Shown piece by piece: positions 12,156 through 26,949 of a stretch of 64,000 bases of DNA. The stretch is from Paraspadella gotoi. Taxonomy: Eukaryota; Animalia; Chaetognatha. The stretch spans positions 13,570,124-13,634,123 of the forward strand of contig CM119265.1 in assembly GCA_051294375.1 (NCBI GenBank), in the 5' to 3' direction. Numbering within the stretch: position 1 is the stretch's first letter; every line of letters begins with the position of its first letter. Both the position numbers and the translations under genes were made by a program. Under the pieces are notes generated by a model. The model saw only the letters and a list, made by a program, of their open reading frames with translations, had not been told where the DNA came from and ran no database searches.

Positions 12156-14820
12156 AAAACAGACTCAGACAGAGAGATAACGCGAGATAAACAAAAATAA
12201 AAGCCCTTGAAAAGTTTTGGTCCAAATATTCCAAGCTCTCCGTTTAAATTAGACTTTTTATCGTTTAACATTTTACATTTTACAATTCGAATTTGTGTTT
12301 CAACGAGAGACGAGAATTCGTCGGACTTTTTATCATTTATCACCCGAATATCGGGGAAAAAAAACGAAAAAAGTCGAAATTGCAATTGCTTTTTTTTCCT
12401 TTTTTTTATAAATAATTTTGGTTTGTTTAGCATTTTTTTAAAACGGCGTCTCACTTCAATATAAAGTCAAAAAGTCCAAGTTTCGTCGACGCTGTGAGAA
12501 ATCTCTGTTGAGTCCTATCCTTTAAATCGGCTGACCATTTTTTTCCCTATACCTCTGCCCTCTAAACGTCATTAATATCAAGATCGCCCTTCTCAGTTTC
12601 TGTCTCGGTCCCCTTCCCTCCGATTTTTCATTCACAATTGATTTTTTTTTTCCTTTTCAGATTTGTTTTCCTTTTTCTTTCCTCGACGGGTCTCTTGCAT
12701 GTATTTTGAAAATTGGTTATATTTGTAGGGAAGGTCATATAATAGGGCTATTTATAATAGTTTTTCAATAATTTTTACTAATTACTCATTACCTTAAAGC
12801 GTATTGTACCATTAAATGTAATTTTACATTAATTTTTCGCTTATCGATCTTTTAGTATACACTATTGTTGTTTTAAGGTACAAAAAATGTCATTGCCCAT
12901 TAATTAAATGGTAAAAATATAGTTGCATGTGGTTGGTACAGAAGATGCAGATATAAATAGCAAAACTTAAAAAGAAAATTAAAATAGAAATCCCCTAAGT
13001 AAAAATGATGACTTTCTAGATGCGCCACGGCTAACATATTTACTAAAATTCCAGTTTTCAATAAAACTTTGCCAAAAAAAACAGCGGAAATTTAAAAAAT
13101 AACAGAGGATAAAAGAAATAAACAAAAAACCGAAGGAAGGGAAAGACAAGATCCCGTCCCTCCACACCGATTCATCTGGCTGAATTCTTCACTTAATTTC
13201 TTTTTAACTCTCTTTATGTCTGGTCCCGTCGTAAGCTTTTCTCCCCCAAAAATAATATATTTCCCCTCCATTAATCTTTTCATCTGTTATTTATCACTTT
13301 CCTCCTAAACACTGTTTCTCAATTTTCATTTCCGCCCCCCCCATCCGTTTATATCCCGATTCATCTCGCACACTGATTACTTTTTGTTTACTCATTCGAA
13401 GGGTTTCGCTCCCGTCGGTCCCATCTCCTCTCTCTCCGTATGTCTCTCTATCTCTATCGTTTCCTTTCGTCTCCGTCTCAGTCTTCGCCGCATGGCCTCC
13501 CTCCTCCGACCTCCGCCCACCGTCCCGCTTTCCTTTCCCTCCAATTTCTTCTCTCCATCCATTCGCTCGTTTTTCATCTCGGGGTTTTTCGCGACTCCAT
13601 TTATTCCCCGCGCGTCGGCTCTTGTCGGCTCGTGGCGGCTTCCTTGTGGGTGGGATCGTCGTCCGAAGTTTTCCTCCCGCAATTTGGAGAAATTCTTTTC
13701 ATTGAATCGGCCAATAGTTCCGCTTGATCGATGGGAAAGAAGAGACAAAACGTGGGGGGAAAAAAAGCTTCACCGATGTGAACGATGATAATCTCGGATG
13801 TTGGGAGCGAAACATATTGAGATACGGAATAAGTTTGTTCATATCGCACCACATAGTCGAAACCATGAAAAAAATGTTTTGAAAAGGCCATTTTAATTTC
13901 ATTTTAATTTCATTTTAATTTCATTTTTTTAATTTGCTCAAAACTCTTTGTGCTCTAAGTCGTTTCGGAGCTAAATGTATCTCTTCTGACAACATTTATA
14001 GTTTATTTATTTATTGAATTCAATTTTTATTTATTGAATTGACCTAGATGGTATTAAAAATATGTCAAATATGATTCACATGTGCATATGATTCAAAACT
14101 TTTAAAGATAATTATTAGCCAAGCAGATATATTAACGCACTGACATTTACAATGGAAGATGATTAAAAAGACAAGGCGAATCTCCCGCAGAAAAAAAACA
14201 TGGCGACGAAAAAGGGAAAAAATCCCGACAAATTTTTAAAAGCATTGCGTGTGGATTTTCATTTTATAATTCACGAAATTAATCACTCGAGCAAAGTCGC
14301 TTTAATTTTCTGTCGCTAACTAAGCCACCCACAGTGATGTTAAGGATTAGTCCAGGCTCATGCAACTCAAAAGTTTGGAGTTATAAGCTTTGGGCTTGAC
14401 TAGAAGCTTTATAAAAATGAAAAAAAAATCAACCATTTTTAAACGGCGAACATTTTCGAGTCGCTCTATACCAGAATCCAGTCCAGTTTCGACCTAGGAT
14501 TAAATTTCATAAACTCAAAACGAAGCTCTTCCGTTGGAACAAGCGAGCGTGGTCGGGCACATCTAATCCGCTTTTCATAAATCAATTATTCATTTCGGGC
14601 TGGCGGAGAAGAGGGGGTTTTCCTACGAGGCCCGAAACGCGCATTTTTTTTGGGTCGCCGTTAAGCCGAGGCCGAACGCGCGCGCCGAGGCCACGTGGCC
14701 CCGGAAAATCAGGTCCGCTAATGGATCCCGCGCTTTCAAAGTCGGGACAGAATACCTAAAACGGAAGGAGGAAGGGAAGGGGAATGGCGGGCGGAGAAAT
14801 TTAAAATGGGGAGAGAAGCC

Positions 14821-15229
14821 NNNNNNNNNNNNNNNNNNNNNNNNNNNNNNNNNNNNNNNNNNNNNNNNNNNNNNNNNNNNNNNNNNNNNNNNNNNNNNNN
14901 NNNNNNNNNNNNNNNNNNNNNNNNNNNNNNNNNNNNNNNNNNNNNNNNNNNNNNNNNNNNNNNNNNNNNNNNNNNNNNNNNNNNNNNNNNNNNNNNNNNN
15001 NNNNNNNNNNNNNNNNNNNNNNNNNNNNNNNNNNNNNNNNNNNNNNNNNNNNNNNNNNNNNNNNNNNNNNNNNNNNNNNNNNNNNNNNNNNNNNNNNNNN
15101 NNNNNNNNNNNNNNNNNNNNNNNNNNNNNNNNNNNNNNNNNNNNNNNNNNNNNNNNNNNNNNNNNNNNNNNNNNNNNNNNNNNNNNNNNNNNNNNNNNNN
15201 NNNNNNNNNNNNNNNNNNNNNNNNNNNNN
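14821..15229. other. Assembly gap (others at 23956-23980, 26694-26718, 44061-44070)
   Basis: Runs of N. Confidence 1.
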
Positions 15230-15624
15230 AGGCACAAGAGAGCACTACACCAGTCACATGAGACAAGAGGTATCTCGCTAGAGAATATACGTCTTATAAA
15301 ATATTATACACTTATAATACGTAAAAAAAGGCATTTTTATTAATGTTCACGACATCACTAAAAAGTTGTAGATACATGGATCGTATGAGAAAATCGCTCA
15401 CCAAAGTTTTAATATTTATTTATTGTATGTTTATATTTCCTCGAAATTTTTGGCCCAATTGGGCTATTTTAAAAGAAAGAGTTTGGGTTATTGAGCATCG
15501 AAGGGCAGAGTGCATTTCGGGAGAGCGAGCATCCAGTCAACCGGATCCCAGTATCTCCGATTTCTCGGTTCGTGAGATTCGTGACACTTTTTCCCTCGAA
15601 TCGGGTAAGAATGAATATCCACCA

Positions 15625-15667
<43 letters not shown>

Positions 15668-16094
15668 CCGAGAGAGATATCTATGGATGAGAAAAAGCTC
15701 AGGAGAGCTGTGTCGCGGCTCCATCATTTCTTTTTTCAGTTTTATCATTCCATAGTCACTGACCTTCTTCCTCACCCGGTGACCAATCTTAAAATACGCA
15801 TCGAGGACGTGAGAACTAACCAATACATATTGACGTACATACGGACGATGGACGGCCGTTTCTTAGCTATTCTTAGTTACGAGTAAGATTATTTGTACAT
15901 AATACAATAAGACATACAATATATACAGTAATTACAGTATACATAAAACGGTTTGCTTTAGGCAGCCGCAACTACTTCACCGTCACCGGGAGAATTGAAA
16001 TGCCGAAATCTAGGTGACATCCAGAGGGAAAACATGGCCGCCACGTGGGAAAGAGATAATGGAAAGGAATGAAAATGAGTTAATGGAGGGACGG

Positions 16095-16233
<139 letters not shown>

Positions 16234-16740
16234 CTCAACCGGTGCAAAACAGCACATCCGGGATTCGTGGGAATTCGAAAACCTGGAATAATTTTTTCAT
16301 TATTTGGGAGAGAAAAAAAAAATAAAGGGAAGAAAGAAAGTGATAATTCGCCGGTTGGTTTCTCTGTCCGAATGGTTTTTGAGTGAAATTTATACATTGG
16401 TGGCTGGATTCCTTAATACTGTTTGGATAACGGAACAGAATATCATATTTTAATAATGTAAAAGTGGAGAAATAAACTGTAGTAATGTAATCGTCAAATT
16501 ATCCCTGACGGTGCATTAGTAGATATGACCTATTCACGACCGGATCGTTCAATTATTGATTGATTGATCTTATAGAACGATTGACAGATTGTTGATAGAA
16601 ATTTGATACATGAATGATTTCCAGATAAATCGATTTAGTTTAGACAGGTGCGGTCAGATGAAACTTTAAAAATAAAAATCAATCTGATGGGAGAATGAAA
16701 ATAAAAGACTCGTCAGTTAATCAACGGCGACAACGAAAGG

Positions 16741-16807
<67 letters not shown>

Positions 16808-17096
16808 GATGTCGCTGGACACTTCATCAAAGGTGACGGAGATCGACGACGCAAAAAAAAAAAAAAAAAATCAGGAGAAAATATTTCTTCTCGATCCTCA
16901 AGTTGAGCGGATGAAAAATAAATTTAAAAATGGCGGAAAGAAAAAATTTCAGAAAAAAAAATATAGAAATTCTAGTTGAACAAAATCTCGGAGGGAAGAT
17001 TGATTCTTCAGGATAACAGAGAGGCAGAGGGAGCACGAAAGCAAATAGATTCTTCGGACTGAATGAGTTATGAAAAATCTCAATGCAAGGGGCCGA

Positions 17097-17100
<4 letters not shown>

Positions 17101-17187
<87 letters not shown>

Positions 17188-17211
17188 TATTATTATTATT
17201 ATTATTATTAC

Positions 17212-17247
<36 letters not shown>

Positions 17248-17263
17248 TATTATTATTATTATT
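17101..17263. repeat. (TAT)n microsatellite with TAC interruptions
   Basis: Directly visible. Confidence 0.97.
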
Positions 17264-17360
17264 CGACTCATTTCTCCATTGCCAACCACTCAGCCTCCGT
17301 TCCTTCGCTTTGCAGTCTCGTCTGGCTCGAGCAAATAATAAGGCGCCAGTGTTACTCTCA

Positions 17361-17394
<34 letters not shown>

Positions 17395-18594
17395 GTCACG
17401 TGGCCCCAGTGGCGGCGTCTTGCGACTTCCGGTTTCTTCAAATTTCCATTAGACCCTTTAACCTCCGCGTTGCTCGTCTCGTCGCCGCCAAATTTGAAAT
17501 GAAGACGAAGAGAGAAGATTAATTATATATTTTATTCAAGAAAAATATATTAATATTATTCTATCAAAGCAGAGAGGCTGTGGGAACTTGTTCAAATACC
17601 CTTAGAGATTAATTTGGTTGTAACCCCGGCATTTATACTATCTTCAATAAAAGATGATCAAAATTTTTGGCAAATAACAAAGTTTTGTTGCACATACTAA
17701 GAAACATTGCTTTTTTTTACCTAACTTTTTTTATTTTCAAAGTTTTTCATTTAATTATTTTTTTTGCCTGTTAATGTATTTGTACTTTGCTACCCGTCGT
17801 GGTCATTAATGACCTGATTATAACAGACCTTGTTATGACCGACCTTTTCAGCCAATGTAAATACGCAGTTGTTGTTGTTGTGATTTTTAGCGTTTTTGCA
17901 TATATATACATATATATATATATACGTATTTTTTCTCTCACAAAAAACACGTCTCGAATTTTTCTCCAAATTCTTGTTTTTGAGTCACCTGAAATTGGTA
18001 TTTCCCGACGCTTCTTTTGGAAATTCTTCGCAACCTTTTATAAGTTTTTATCTTTGTTGACATCATTTTAGTTGCGTTTACGTTTTTTAACGTATAATCT
18101 AACCAGAAATGGAGTATGTCAGTTTTCACCACCGCAACGATTCCGCGCCTCTCCCGGGCGTCTCGCAGCGCCAATCGGCCTCTCGTTACGTCGGTGGCGC
18201 CGCCCCGACGCCTCGAGATTCGTCAAACCCCTGGCAAACGTCCCTTGGCGCCCGTTTTCACAAATCCGCGCCGAGAACGAGTCCACCAACGCCCGCATCA
18301 ACGAGCACGCCCCAACTTGCGCCGGCGCCGGGATGCAACATCCTCGTCGCCGATGTCGCCGCCTTCTGCCCCACCACATTTCACAGGGTCAAGATCGTTA
18401 GACTCACGTTAAGCATTAACTGTTTCCGAAAACCGAAGCACTCTGGACTTCGGTTTGCAGAGCCGACCCCACCATGAGCATCTTCGCCGGCACTCCCCCC
18501 CCCCCAGGCCCTCAGACAAGCCTCCACTTCCATCTACATCCTCCACTCTCGGTCGAACTCGCTCTTGCCGGGTTGACCTTAATTAAGAAGGGAA

Positions 18595-18626
<32 letters not shown>

Positions 18627-21481
18627 GCAAATCAGTGGATAAACAAGACAGAAGGAAGAAGGTCTCCGGACGAGGAAAGGGCGAGTTGCCTCGAGGGCAA
18701 AGAGGAGAGAGAAAAAAAAAACCGATGCGCTCCTCATCAAAATCAGGACTCGAACAGAAAAAGAGACGGGAGGAGCGAATTAGGGCAGACATCGACTTTT
18801 TGTCAGATTTTATTACCTCTAATCAGGAAGAAAATCTTATTTCCTAGAAATACGATTCGTACTGAAACGAGCGTTGGGAATTGTATGTTCATTAGTAAGC
18901 GGGTCAGTATATCTAGGAAAAGCATTTTCCCATAACATACCTCCACAATCACTAAGCTCGAGAATGAGAAAATTTTATTGTCAGAACGACCGCGTTCCAA
19001 TTGATATTTTGGACTCACAATGTGAAGTATTTTTCTACTTCACGCCCGTGATTTCGGTCGTTCGAGACGATGCCCGTCCAAAGAATTCAACGTGGGTCTT
19101 TATTAGAGAAAACGCAAGTTGTACGAGTTTAAAAGTTTTATTAAAAGCACATTAAAAACGATTAATATCTCAAAAAAACCCGTAGAAATTGATTTCGTCC
19201 GGGCAATCTTAGTTTTTGCCTAGTTAAAACGATTCACGTTTAACCAAAGGTAAAAATAATAAGCATCAAGATATTGGAGGGCAAGAGAGACTCAGACATA
19301 ACCTTTTCTTCACACAATATCTACTTCCAATCCATATCTGAAAATTATACAATTGTACAATTATACCATAACGTCTTAAAAAACCCAGGCACAGCGCAAC
19401 AACTTGCTAGATTTCTTCTTACCCCAGCCTCACCCAAGTTCCCTTTTTCTCCCTCGACCGAAATCCGTGCCCTCTTTTGGCAACATTGACTCCCTCGTCT
19501 CGACCTTGATTATCTTGGGCCGATTTTGTAGTCAGGCCCTCTTCCCTTTAGACTATGCCCTCCACGTCCCAAAACAATGTCAAACAAGGTCCTCTCACTT
19601 TCTCATCCCCCTTGCCGCCAGATGAGAAACAATCAACTTCGCTCAGATTTCAACTTCGTTACCTGGAGAATTTACTTTTTTCTTTTTTCTTTTTTCTTTT
19701 TTTTTTGGGCCTGGCCTGATTCATTTCGAAGCCAAGAAAGAAGAAATAGTTCTGCCCACTCTAGGTCTCCAAGTATTCCCCCAAAACCTTCAGGTTTAAT
19801 CTATGTATTAAAAGCGTTTAAATTCCGGTAACTCTCTGAGGTTGGCTTGTTGGGCAATTCCGAAGCGAACAGGCTGCCATTTTTCAAGATTAACGTCACC
19901 ATCGTGGCACAATAAAGGCGTGGCGAGGCGTTTTTCTATTTGTTTCCTTTAAAAAATATCCTTTTTTTTTCGTGAGCTTTTAAAGCAATGTTATTCCTAC
20001 GAACCCTTTTAAAATAAAAAGTTTTTTGTCTAGCTAAAGTGAAATTCGATGAAAGCCTAAGCGCTACTATCAAACCCCTTACCTCAACGACCGTTCGTCA
20101 CGACAAACATATATCCATTGCTAAGTCGTCGACCACGAAAGTGGGGAAAAACGAGAGCGCGAACGTCGTTAGTATAGCTTGTTATAGCTTGAGTTGTTGT
20201 TTTCCTTAGAAACAGAAAAAAAAATTTACGATTTTCGTTGCTTCTTATTGTTAAAAATCGATCGAATGTGTTGTTAGTGCGTTTCGTGTTTCGAATCTCA
20301 AGAAAGACGTATAGAGAGGAGATCGCTCGACAACTTGGCCGACCGGAAAAAAAAAAATGGCGGAGGGTCGTTTAAATATATTTCGATGCTTGATACTTTC
20401 GTTTTAGATTTCGATTCGCTTTTGTGTAGGGATGTAAGCTTGACGACCAAGCTTTAAATTCAGCGCCGTTTTCCTTCACTGAAAAAAAAAAAATAATCAT
20501 GAAAATTGCCGAAACGCGTGGAGATGTGTTTTTTTATTTATTTTTGCATAAATCGTCGTCGTTATTCTTTGGCAGACGTTCTTTTGTTTTTTATTAGATT
20601 TTATTCCATATTTGTTTTGGAATTGTCAAGGTTGAACTTCGGTGGCGAAGGATTCAAAGGGTCGTTACCCTGTTTGGCTGCCAAAAGTCGCAAAACGTTT
20701 ATCGTTTCTCTTTTTCTCCGTTTAATTTCGAAACGATTTTTTTTTTCTGCTTCGTTTATCTTCTTTTCTTTGTTGTTTTTTTGTTGTTGCGCTTTTTTTT
20801 GTTTTGTTTATCTTGTTCTGTTTGCGTGCACGAGGTCTGTGCTCTTTTGTTTTAATGGTAGCTAAAAGGGTGCGCCATGAGGCCTTTCGAAGATTAGTTA
20901 GGTTGCGTGAAGGGAACGAATGGTTGTTGATATTTTTTAGGTTTTAAATGTTCTTTTTTAAAGTTTATATTCATCGGTTGTAGGCATACCGTTATAAGTT
21001 TATCCACATAGGCAGTTTGTGATGATTTTTTTATTTTAATTTTTTACAAATAGTTTCTATGTACACATGTTATATAACATTAAGCTGTTGAAAAAAAGGG
21101 AAGGTTAGGCAAAAATTGCTAAGAACAAAAATAGGTAAGATAGCGATTACAATGATTAGTGATAGAATTAAAAAACTCCATTAGATACGGAACATCATTG
21201 CGGCGAGAGCGAGGCAAACTGGGCGTGTCGTGGCTCGAGTTGTTTCGCTCAATCTGCGTCGTCGTCGTCGCTCTGGTCGCCGTCGTTATCGCTGTCGCGA
21301 GGCCGAGGGCGAGCGCGCGTCGACGCCGTGGAATCACGTGACTCTCACGTGAGGAAATCACGTGAGAAGAAGAAAACGCACCGGAAATGAACCAAGGGCC
21401 GAAAACTGCGTCGCTTTTCTCTCTCTCTCCCTCTATCTCCCTCCTCTCTCTCTCTCACTCTTCTCTCTTCTCTCTCTATCC

Positions 21482-21528
<47 letters not shown>

Positions 21529-21613
21529 CTCTCTCCTCTCTCCTCTTTTCTCTCTCGCTTTCTCTCTCTCCTGCTCTCCCTCTCTACTCTCTCCTCTCTC
21601 TTCTTTTTCTGCT

Positions 21614-21655
<42 letters not shown>

Positions 21656-21730
21656 CTCTCTATCCCTAAATCTCTCTCTCTCTCTCTCTTCTCTCTTCTC
21701 TCTCTTCTCTTCTCTCTTCTCTCTCTATCC

Positions 21731-21761
<31 letters not shown>

Positions 21762-21873
21762 TCTCTCTTCTCTCTCTCTTCTCTCTCCCTCTTCTCGCCT
21801 ACGACGGCGGTCGTTATGGGCGTTATTCGGCTCCTTACTTCCGGCCCCTTCCCTTATTGATCGCCGACTCGAC

Positions 21874-22712
21874 TCTCAATTCGAGGGCAAAGCTTGTGTT
21901 TTGGAGTTTTTTTTTTCGGTCCCAACCACCCCACACCGTTTATCATTCAACTCTCTCACATTCCTCATTCGTATTCAATAAATTTATTCATTTCATTCAT
22001 TTCATTCATTCATTCATTCATTCATTCAGATGTAATACAATCATTTACATTGTTATTATTCACATACATTCATGTCATTCATCGATATAATACTTCAGTT
22101 CCATTGCATTCACACCTTATCATCTTATCCTACGATATCTCTTTAATTCTTTATATCGTTTGGCTTTCTCTCTGTTTACTACTTAGTACCTCTTAGGTAC
22201 CGTACGCGAATCCTCTTTTTAGTTCCTAATCCTTCTTATCTTTCGAAGAAGGAACGAAAAATCCCGATCAATCGAAATCAATTCAATAAAAATGAAAAAC
22301 TAATTTGAAGAATATAACAAAGTACGATTAAGAACAATATCAATTTATAATCTAACGCCGATGAAAATTAATTAAAGAGCATTAAGTTATTTCGAAGGAA
22401 ATAGTTATATTCAGCTCCGGCGTACATATGTATGTTTTTTCTTGTGGTGGTCAGTGGCTGAGTTTCTTACGGTGTTTTCGGTTTATAAAGCGATTCCAAC
22501 AAAAATTTTATGGATAAATAGAATAATATTACAAAACAAACTGAAAAATGATATTGAAAGAATACGATGTGTGTAGAGCGAAGAAGCAAAAATGGCGGAA
22601 CAGTAATGAAGATGAAAAATGCCGATGAAACGAACGAGGTTCCCTTTCACTAGAAATTCTAACGACCTCAATTGTGACTACTACTCTCCTCTGCTCTCTC
22701 TTGCTCGTCCTC

Positions 22713-22750
<38 letters not shown>

Positions 22751-24944
22751 CTTCTTCTCTCGCTCATCACTCGATACCCAATATCACGTCACAGTTTCAC
22801 CACGCACAAATCCCACTTGCTCCTCGGCAGGAATTCCAGCAATATCCACACAATTCTTGCACCTTGATCGCGTGAATTAAAAACTCACTCATAATTATAA
22901 AAAATAAATAGTATTATTACTCCTCTTGCGTTATTTCTGCGAACATCTACGAGTGTCTGAATGACAAGAAATTATAACGAGCTCATATATTCAGACCAGT
23001 CATGAGCTGATCTCGGCTCTTGCCTTCATAGGATCGGTGAACGATCCGGAGTCCAGTGTATACGCGGCTGGAGAGCCCGGAGCTCCCGTCCCGCTTCGAG
23101 TATGACACCGCACCTATTGACCGACGTGATTCGACTCATTTAGGGAAGGTAACCGAATCGAACCGTCTTGTGAGCCCTGAAACTTTTCAACGTCGTTACA
23201 TACTTCTTTTTTATTATTTCTGTTGCCTTGACAGGACATTAAGTAGGGCGGCCTCTCACGACTTCATATTTTGCTTTCGTCCCAAAGCTATGCTTAAAGT
23301 TGCTAAAAAAATGTTCTTGCATGTCATTAATTTGCCAACTAATTTGAATACATCGATAACTCGCAGAACTGAAAGCAAACAGGCATTTAGTAATTTACGT
23401 AACGAATTTTAATAAAAAGGTGAAAGGCCTATTTCAAATATATAGTGTGTAGAGCCATGCATACTTACAAAAAACTAACATACGTGCAATGTTTTATTAT
23501 ATCGATCCCCTAAAAAAATCAAATCAAATTTGTTAAATGGAGAAACTAATATGTCTACGGGTTACGAAGCATGGCATGGCCTAAACAGTACCGAGTATTT
23601 GGGCTTAATCCAGACAGACCAGACAGACCGACAGCAACGACTATTTCAACAGTTGTATAACCTTATGGAACGGAAGCCTACCTCATACTTTTAATGTGTC
23701 TCATAGTTTGCAGGTTATACAACAGCTAAATATTTAACTATTATTCTGCAGATGGTTATAAAAAAACGCGTGCCTTTATCGGTCTTAGATGAAAGAGGAA
23801 TGAGAGAGAGCGAAGGAGAGAAGAGCGTGAGAAAAGAAAGATAGCGAAGAGAGAAGCAAAAAAAAAAGGGAAAAAAGAGAGAGAGAGAGAGAGAGAGAGC
23901 AGAGAGAGATGAGAGAGAGAGAGAGAGAGGGAGAGAGAAGAGAGAGAGAGAGAGANNNNNNNNNNNNNNNNNNNNNNNNNTTTTTTTCTCTCTCTCTCGC
24001 TATCTTTCTTTCTCACGCTCTTCTCTTCCGCTCTCTCTCATTCCCTCTTTCATCTAAGCACGATAAAGGCACGCGTTTTTTTAAACCATCTGCAGAATAA
24101 TAGTTAAAATATTTAGCTGTTGTATAACCTGCAAACTATGAAGGACACAACATTCCTAAAAAGGCTAGTTGAGTAGTATGAGGCTTTCCGTTTCATAAGG
24201 TTTATACAGCTGTTGAAATTAGTCGTTCTGTCGGTCTGTCTGTCTGTCTGGATTAAGCCCCAAATACTCGGTACTTGTTTATGGCCATGCTTCGTAACCC
24301 GTAGACATATTAGTGTTACTCACATTTAACAAAATTTGATTTGATTTTTTTTAGGGGATCGATAAATAAAACAAGTTGCACGTATGTTAGTTTTTGTAAG
24401 TATGCATGGCTCTACACAATCTACTGTTACGTAAATTACTCAAACTGCCTGTTTGCTTCAAGTTCTGCGAGTTATCGATGTATTAAATTAGTTGGCAAAT
24501 TAATTGACATGCAAGAAAATTTTTTTAGCAACTTTAAGTCATATGCTTTTAGGATAGTCACGGGAAAAAAAAATAGAAGTCGTCGAGAGGCCGCCTACTT
24601 AATGTCCTGTCAGGACAACCGAAAATAAAAAAAAAGAATATTGTAACGAGTTGAAAGTTTCGGGCTCACAAGACGCTTATCGATTCCTAATGAACATCGG
24701 TTAGCGGGTGAGCGAAGCGGGAGAGCATGACAACGACCTCGAGGACGACGACCTTCGCCATCGTTGACGTCACAATTCCTTTTTTTTGTTTCGCGTAAAT
24801 TGTTCGCGAATAACGAGAGGGAAAAACATTTATTTTTAAAAATGAGTGAGTTAACACGCGACAAGGTGAAAAGGTGGATAGCTGAATTCCGCGAGGAGGC
24901 AATGCGGATTTGTGCCGTGGATGGATGTGCGTGTTATAGGGTAT

Positions 24945-24984
<40 letters not shown>

Positions 24985-25709
24985 CAATGAGTCAGAATTG
25001 TGAAGAACTCTTTGTCAGGCTTTTTCTTTATTCCGCCATTTTTCCTTCGCCTCACACACATCGTTTTTCAATACAATTTTCAGTTTGTTTTGTAATATTA
25101 TTATTATCATAATGTTTTGTTAATGCTTTTAAACACAGAAAACCCCGAAGAAAACCTCAGCACTGCCACAAAAGAAAAAAATACATATGATACGGAAGTG
25201 AAAAAAACTATTTACTTGAATAACTTAAAGCTCTTTAATTAATTCATCGGCGGTTAAAAGTTATAATTTGTTTTTAAAATCGACTTTGAATTCAAAATTA
25301 GTTTTTCATTTTAATTGAATTGATTTCATTCGACGCGGATTTTTCGTTCCTTCCTCGAAAGATAAGAAGAGATAGGAACTAAAAAGAGGAACGACGAGGT
25401 AAAGAGGTACTAAAGAAAACAGAGAGAAAGAAAAAAGAAAAAGAAATTAAAGAGAAATCGGAGGATAAATAGATAGGTTAGTGAATGAATGAATGAAAGT
25501 ATTAATGAATGAATGAATGAATGTATTAATGAATAAATGAATGAATGTATTAATGAATGAATGAATGAATGAATGAATGAATGAATGAATGAAATGAATA
25601 AATTTATTAATAACGAATGAATGAATTGTTGAATGAATAAACGGTGTGGGAGTGGTGGGACCGAAAAAAAAAAACTCCAAAAAACAAAAGCTTTGCCCTC
25701 GAATTGAGA
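21874..25709. repeat. Large imperfect inverted repeat centred on the N-gap at 23956-23980; probable fold-back read or assembly artefact
   Basis: 21874-23955 is the noisy reverse complement of 23981-25709. Examples: tctcaattcgagggcaaagc vs gctttgccctcgaattgaga, and aaaacgcgtgcctttatc vs gataaaggcacgcgtttt. Confidence 0.9.
23440..23730 (+). mobile_element. Helentron-associated (HINE/DINE-1-like) non-autonomous element fragment, mirrored at ~24110-24420
   Basis: (CAGA)n-type core at 23611-23634 followed by the short inverted repeat gttgtataacct / aggttatacaac, an architecture typical of HINEs. Confidence 0.4.
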
Positions 25710-25754
<45 letters not shown>

Positions 25755-26440
25755 GAAGAAAAAGAGATGGAGGCGAAGCCTTTGAGGCGACGCTGCGGCT
25801 TCTCCACTTTAAAGCGCCCACGCTTTTTTTTCTTCCAACGCGGAAAAAATTAATCGTCGGCGAATCTCGTCCGCTCTTGTTTTTCATGGAGCTTCTTTAT
25901 GAAGTTCACGAGCGTCGGGGCGAACGCGGTTGTTGTCGTTGTTTGTTGTTGTCGTTGTTATGATCTCCGAGTCGCTCCTTTTACCTGGGCTTCCTTTTTT
26001 TTTTCTTGCGACGGAGGCGCGTTTAACTCGGTCGCAGGGGCGGAAGCGGCGGAAGCGGCGGAAGCGGCGGAAGCGGCGCGGCGCGCGGCGAATCTGATTG
26101 AGACTTTAATGATGCACTTTTTTGATTCTGTTATCGTTTAAATTATTAATTCTAATCCTAAAAACTAATGAAAACTTGCTTTGCAAAATAGAGCAAAAAT
26201 ATTATTTATAAAGAATAGAACCAATAAAACTTCCTTTAACATTCGATTGATGGATTGATTTATAAATTTTAGATGGGAAATTGAAAACGTTTTCCAAGGC
26301 ATAACCTCTGTCTTCAATTCATTAAAAAATCTGTAATTCTTGGTTCTTTTCTCCCTCCCTTCTTTCCTTCCTTCCTTCCTTTCTTCCTTCTTTCTTTCCT
26401 TCCTTTCTACCTTCCTTTCTTCCTTCCTTCCTTTTTTATT

Positions 26441-26514
<74 letters not shown>

Positions 26515-26718
26515 TCTCTCATCTTCCGAATCGCACATCTTTCCATTTTCCTTCTTTTCATTCCTCTTTTTTTTTTTCAAAATCCAAAGATGGAAATGAC
26601 CTCTAAAATTACTTGAAAAATTTTTTTTTTAAGATAAAAAAATCATGGGAAAAAAAGAATAAGGAATGGAGCGACCATTTCCATCTCTCTCCANNNNNNN
26701 NNNNNNNNNNNNNNNNNN

Positions 26719-26940
26719 GCCGAGTCGGCTGATCAAAAAAAGGAAGGGCCGGAAGTAGCGAGCGAATAACGCCGCCATAAACGACCGCTCGTACGGCGAG
26801 AGAGAGGGAGAAAGAGAGAGAGAGAGAGAGAGAAGGAGAGAGGAGAGGAGAAGGAGGAGAGGAGAGAGGAAGGAAGAGAGAGAGAGAGAAAGAGGAGGAG
26901 GAGAGGAGGAAGGAGAGAGAGAGAAAGAGAGAGAGAGAAT
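26719..26940. repeat. Inverted copy of ~21650-21872, starting right after an N-gap
   Basis: gccgagtcggctgatc...ggaagggccggaagta...gaataacgcc is the reverse complement of 21790-21872, followed by the complementary (AG)n tract. Confidence 0.8.
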
Positions 26941-26949
26941 GAACGGTGA

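Noticed and set aside
14330-14336. CACAGTG (Transib/RSS-like heptamer)
   Set aside because: No partner terminus or nonamer found; expected by chance.
14623-15266. ORFs spanning 14.6-15.3 kb
   Set aside because: They are artefacts of reading through the N-gap.
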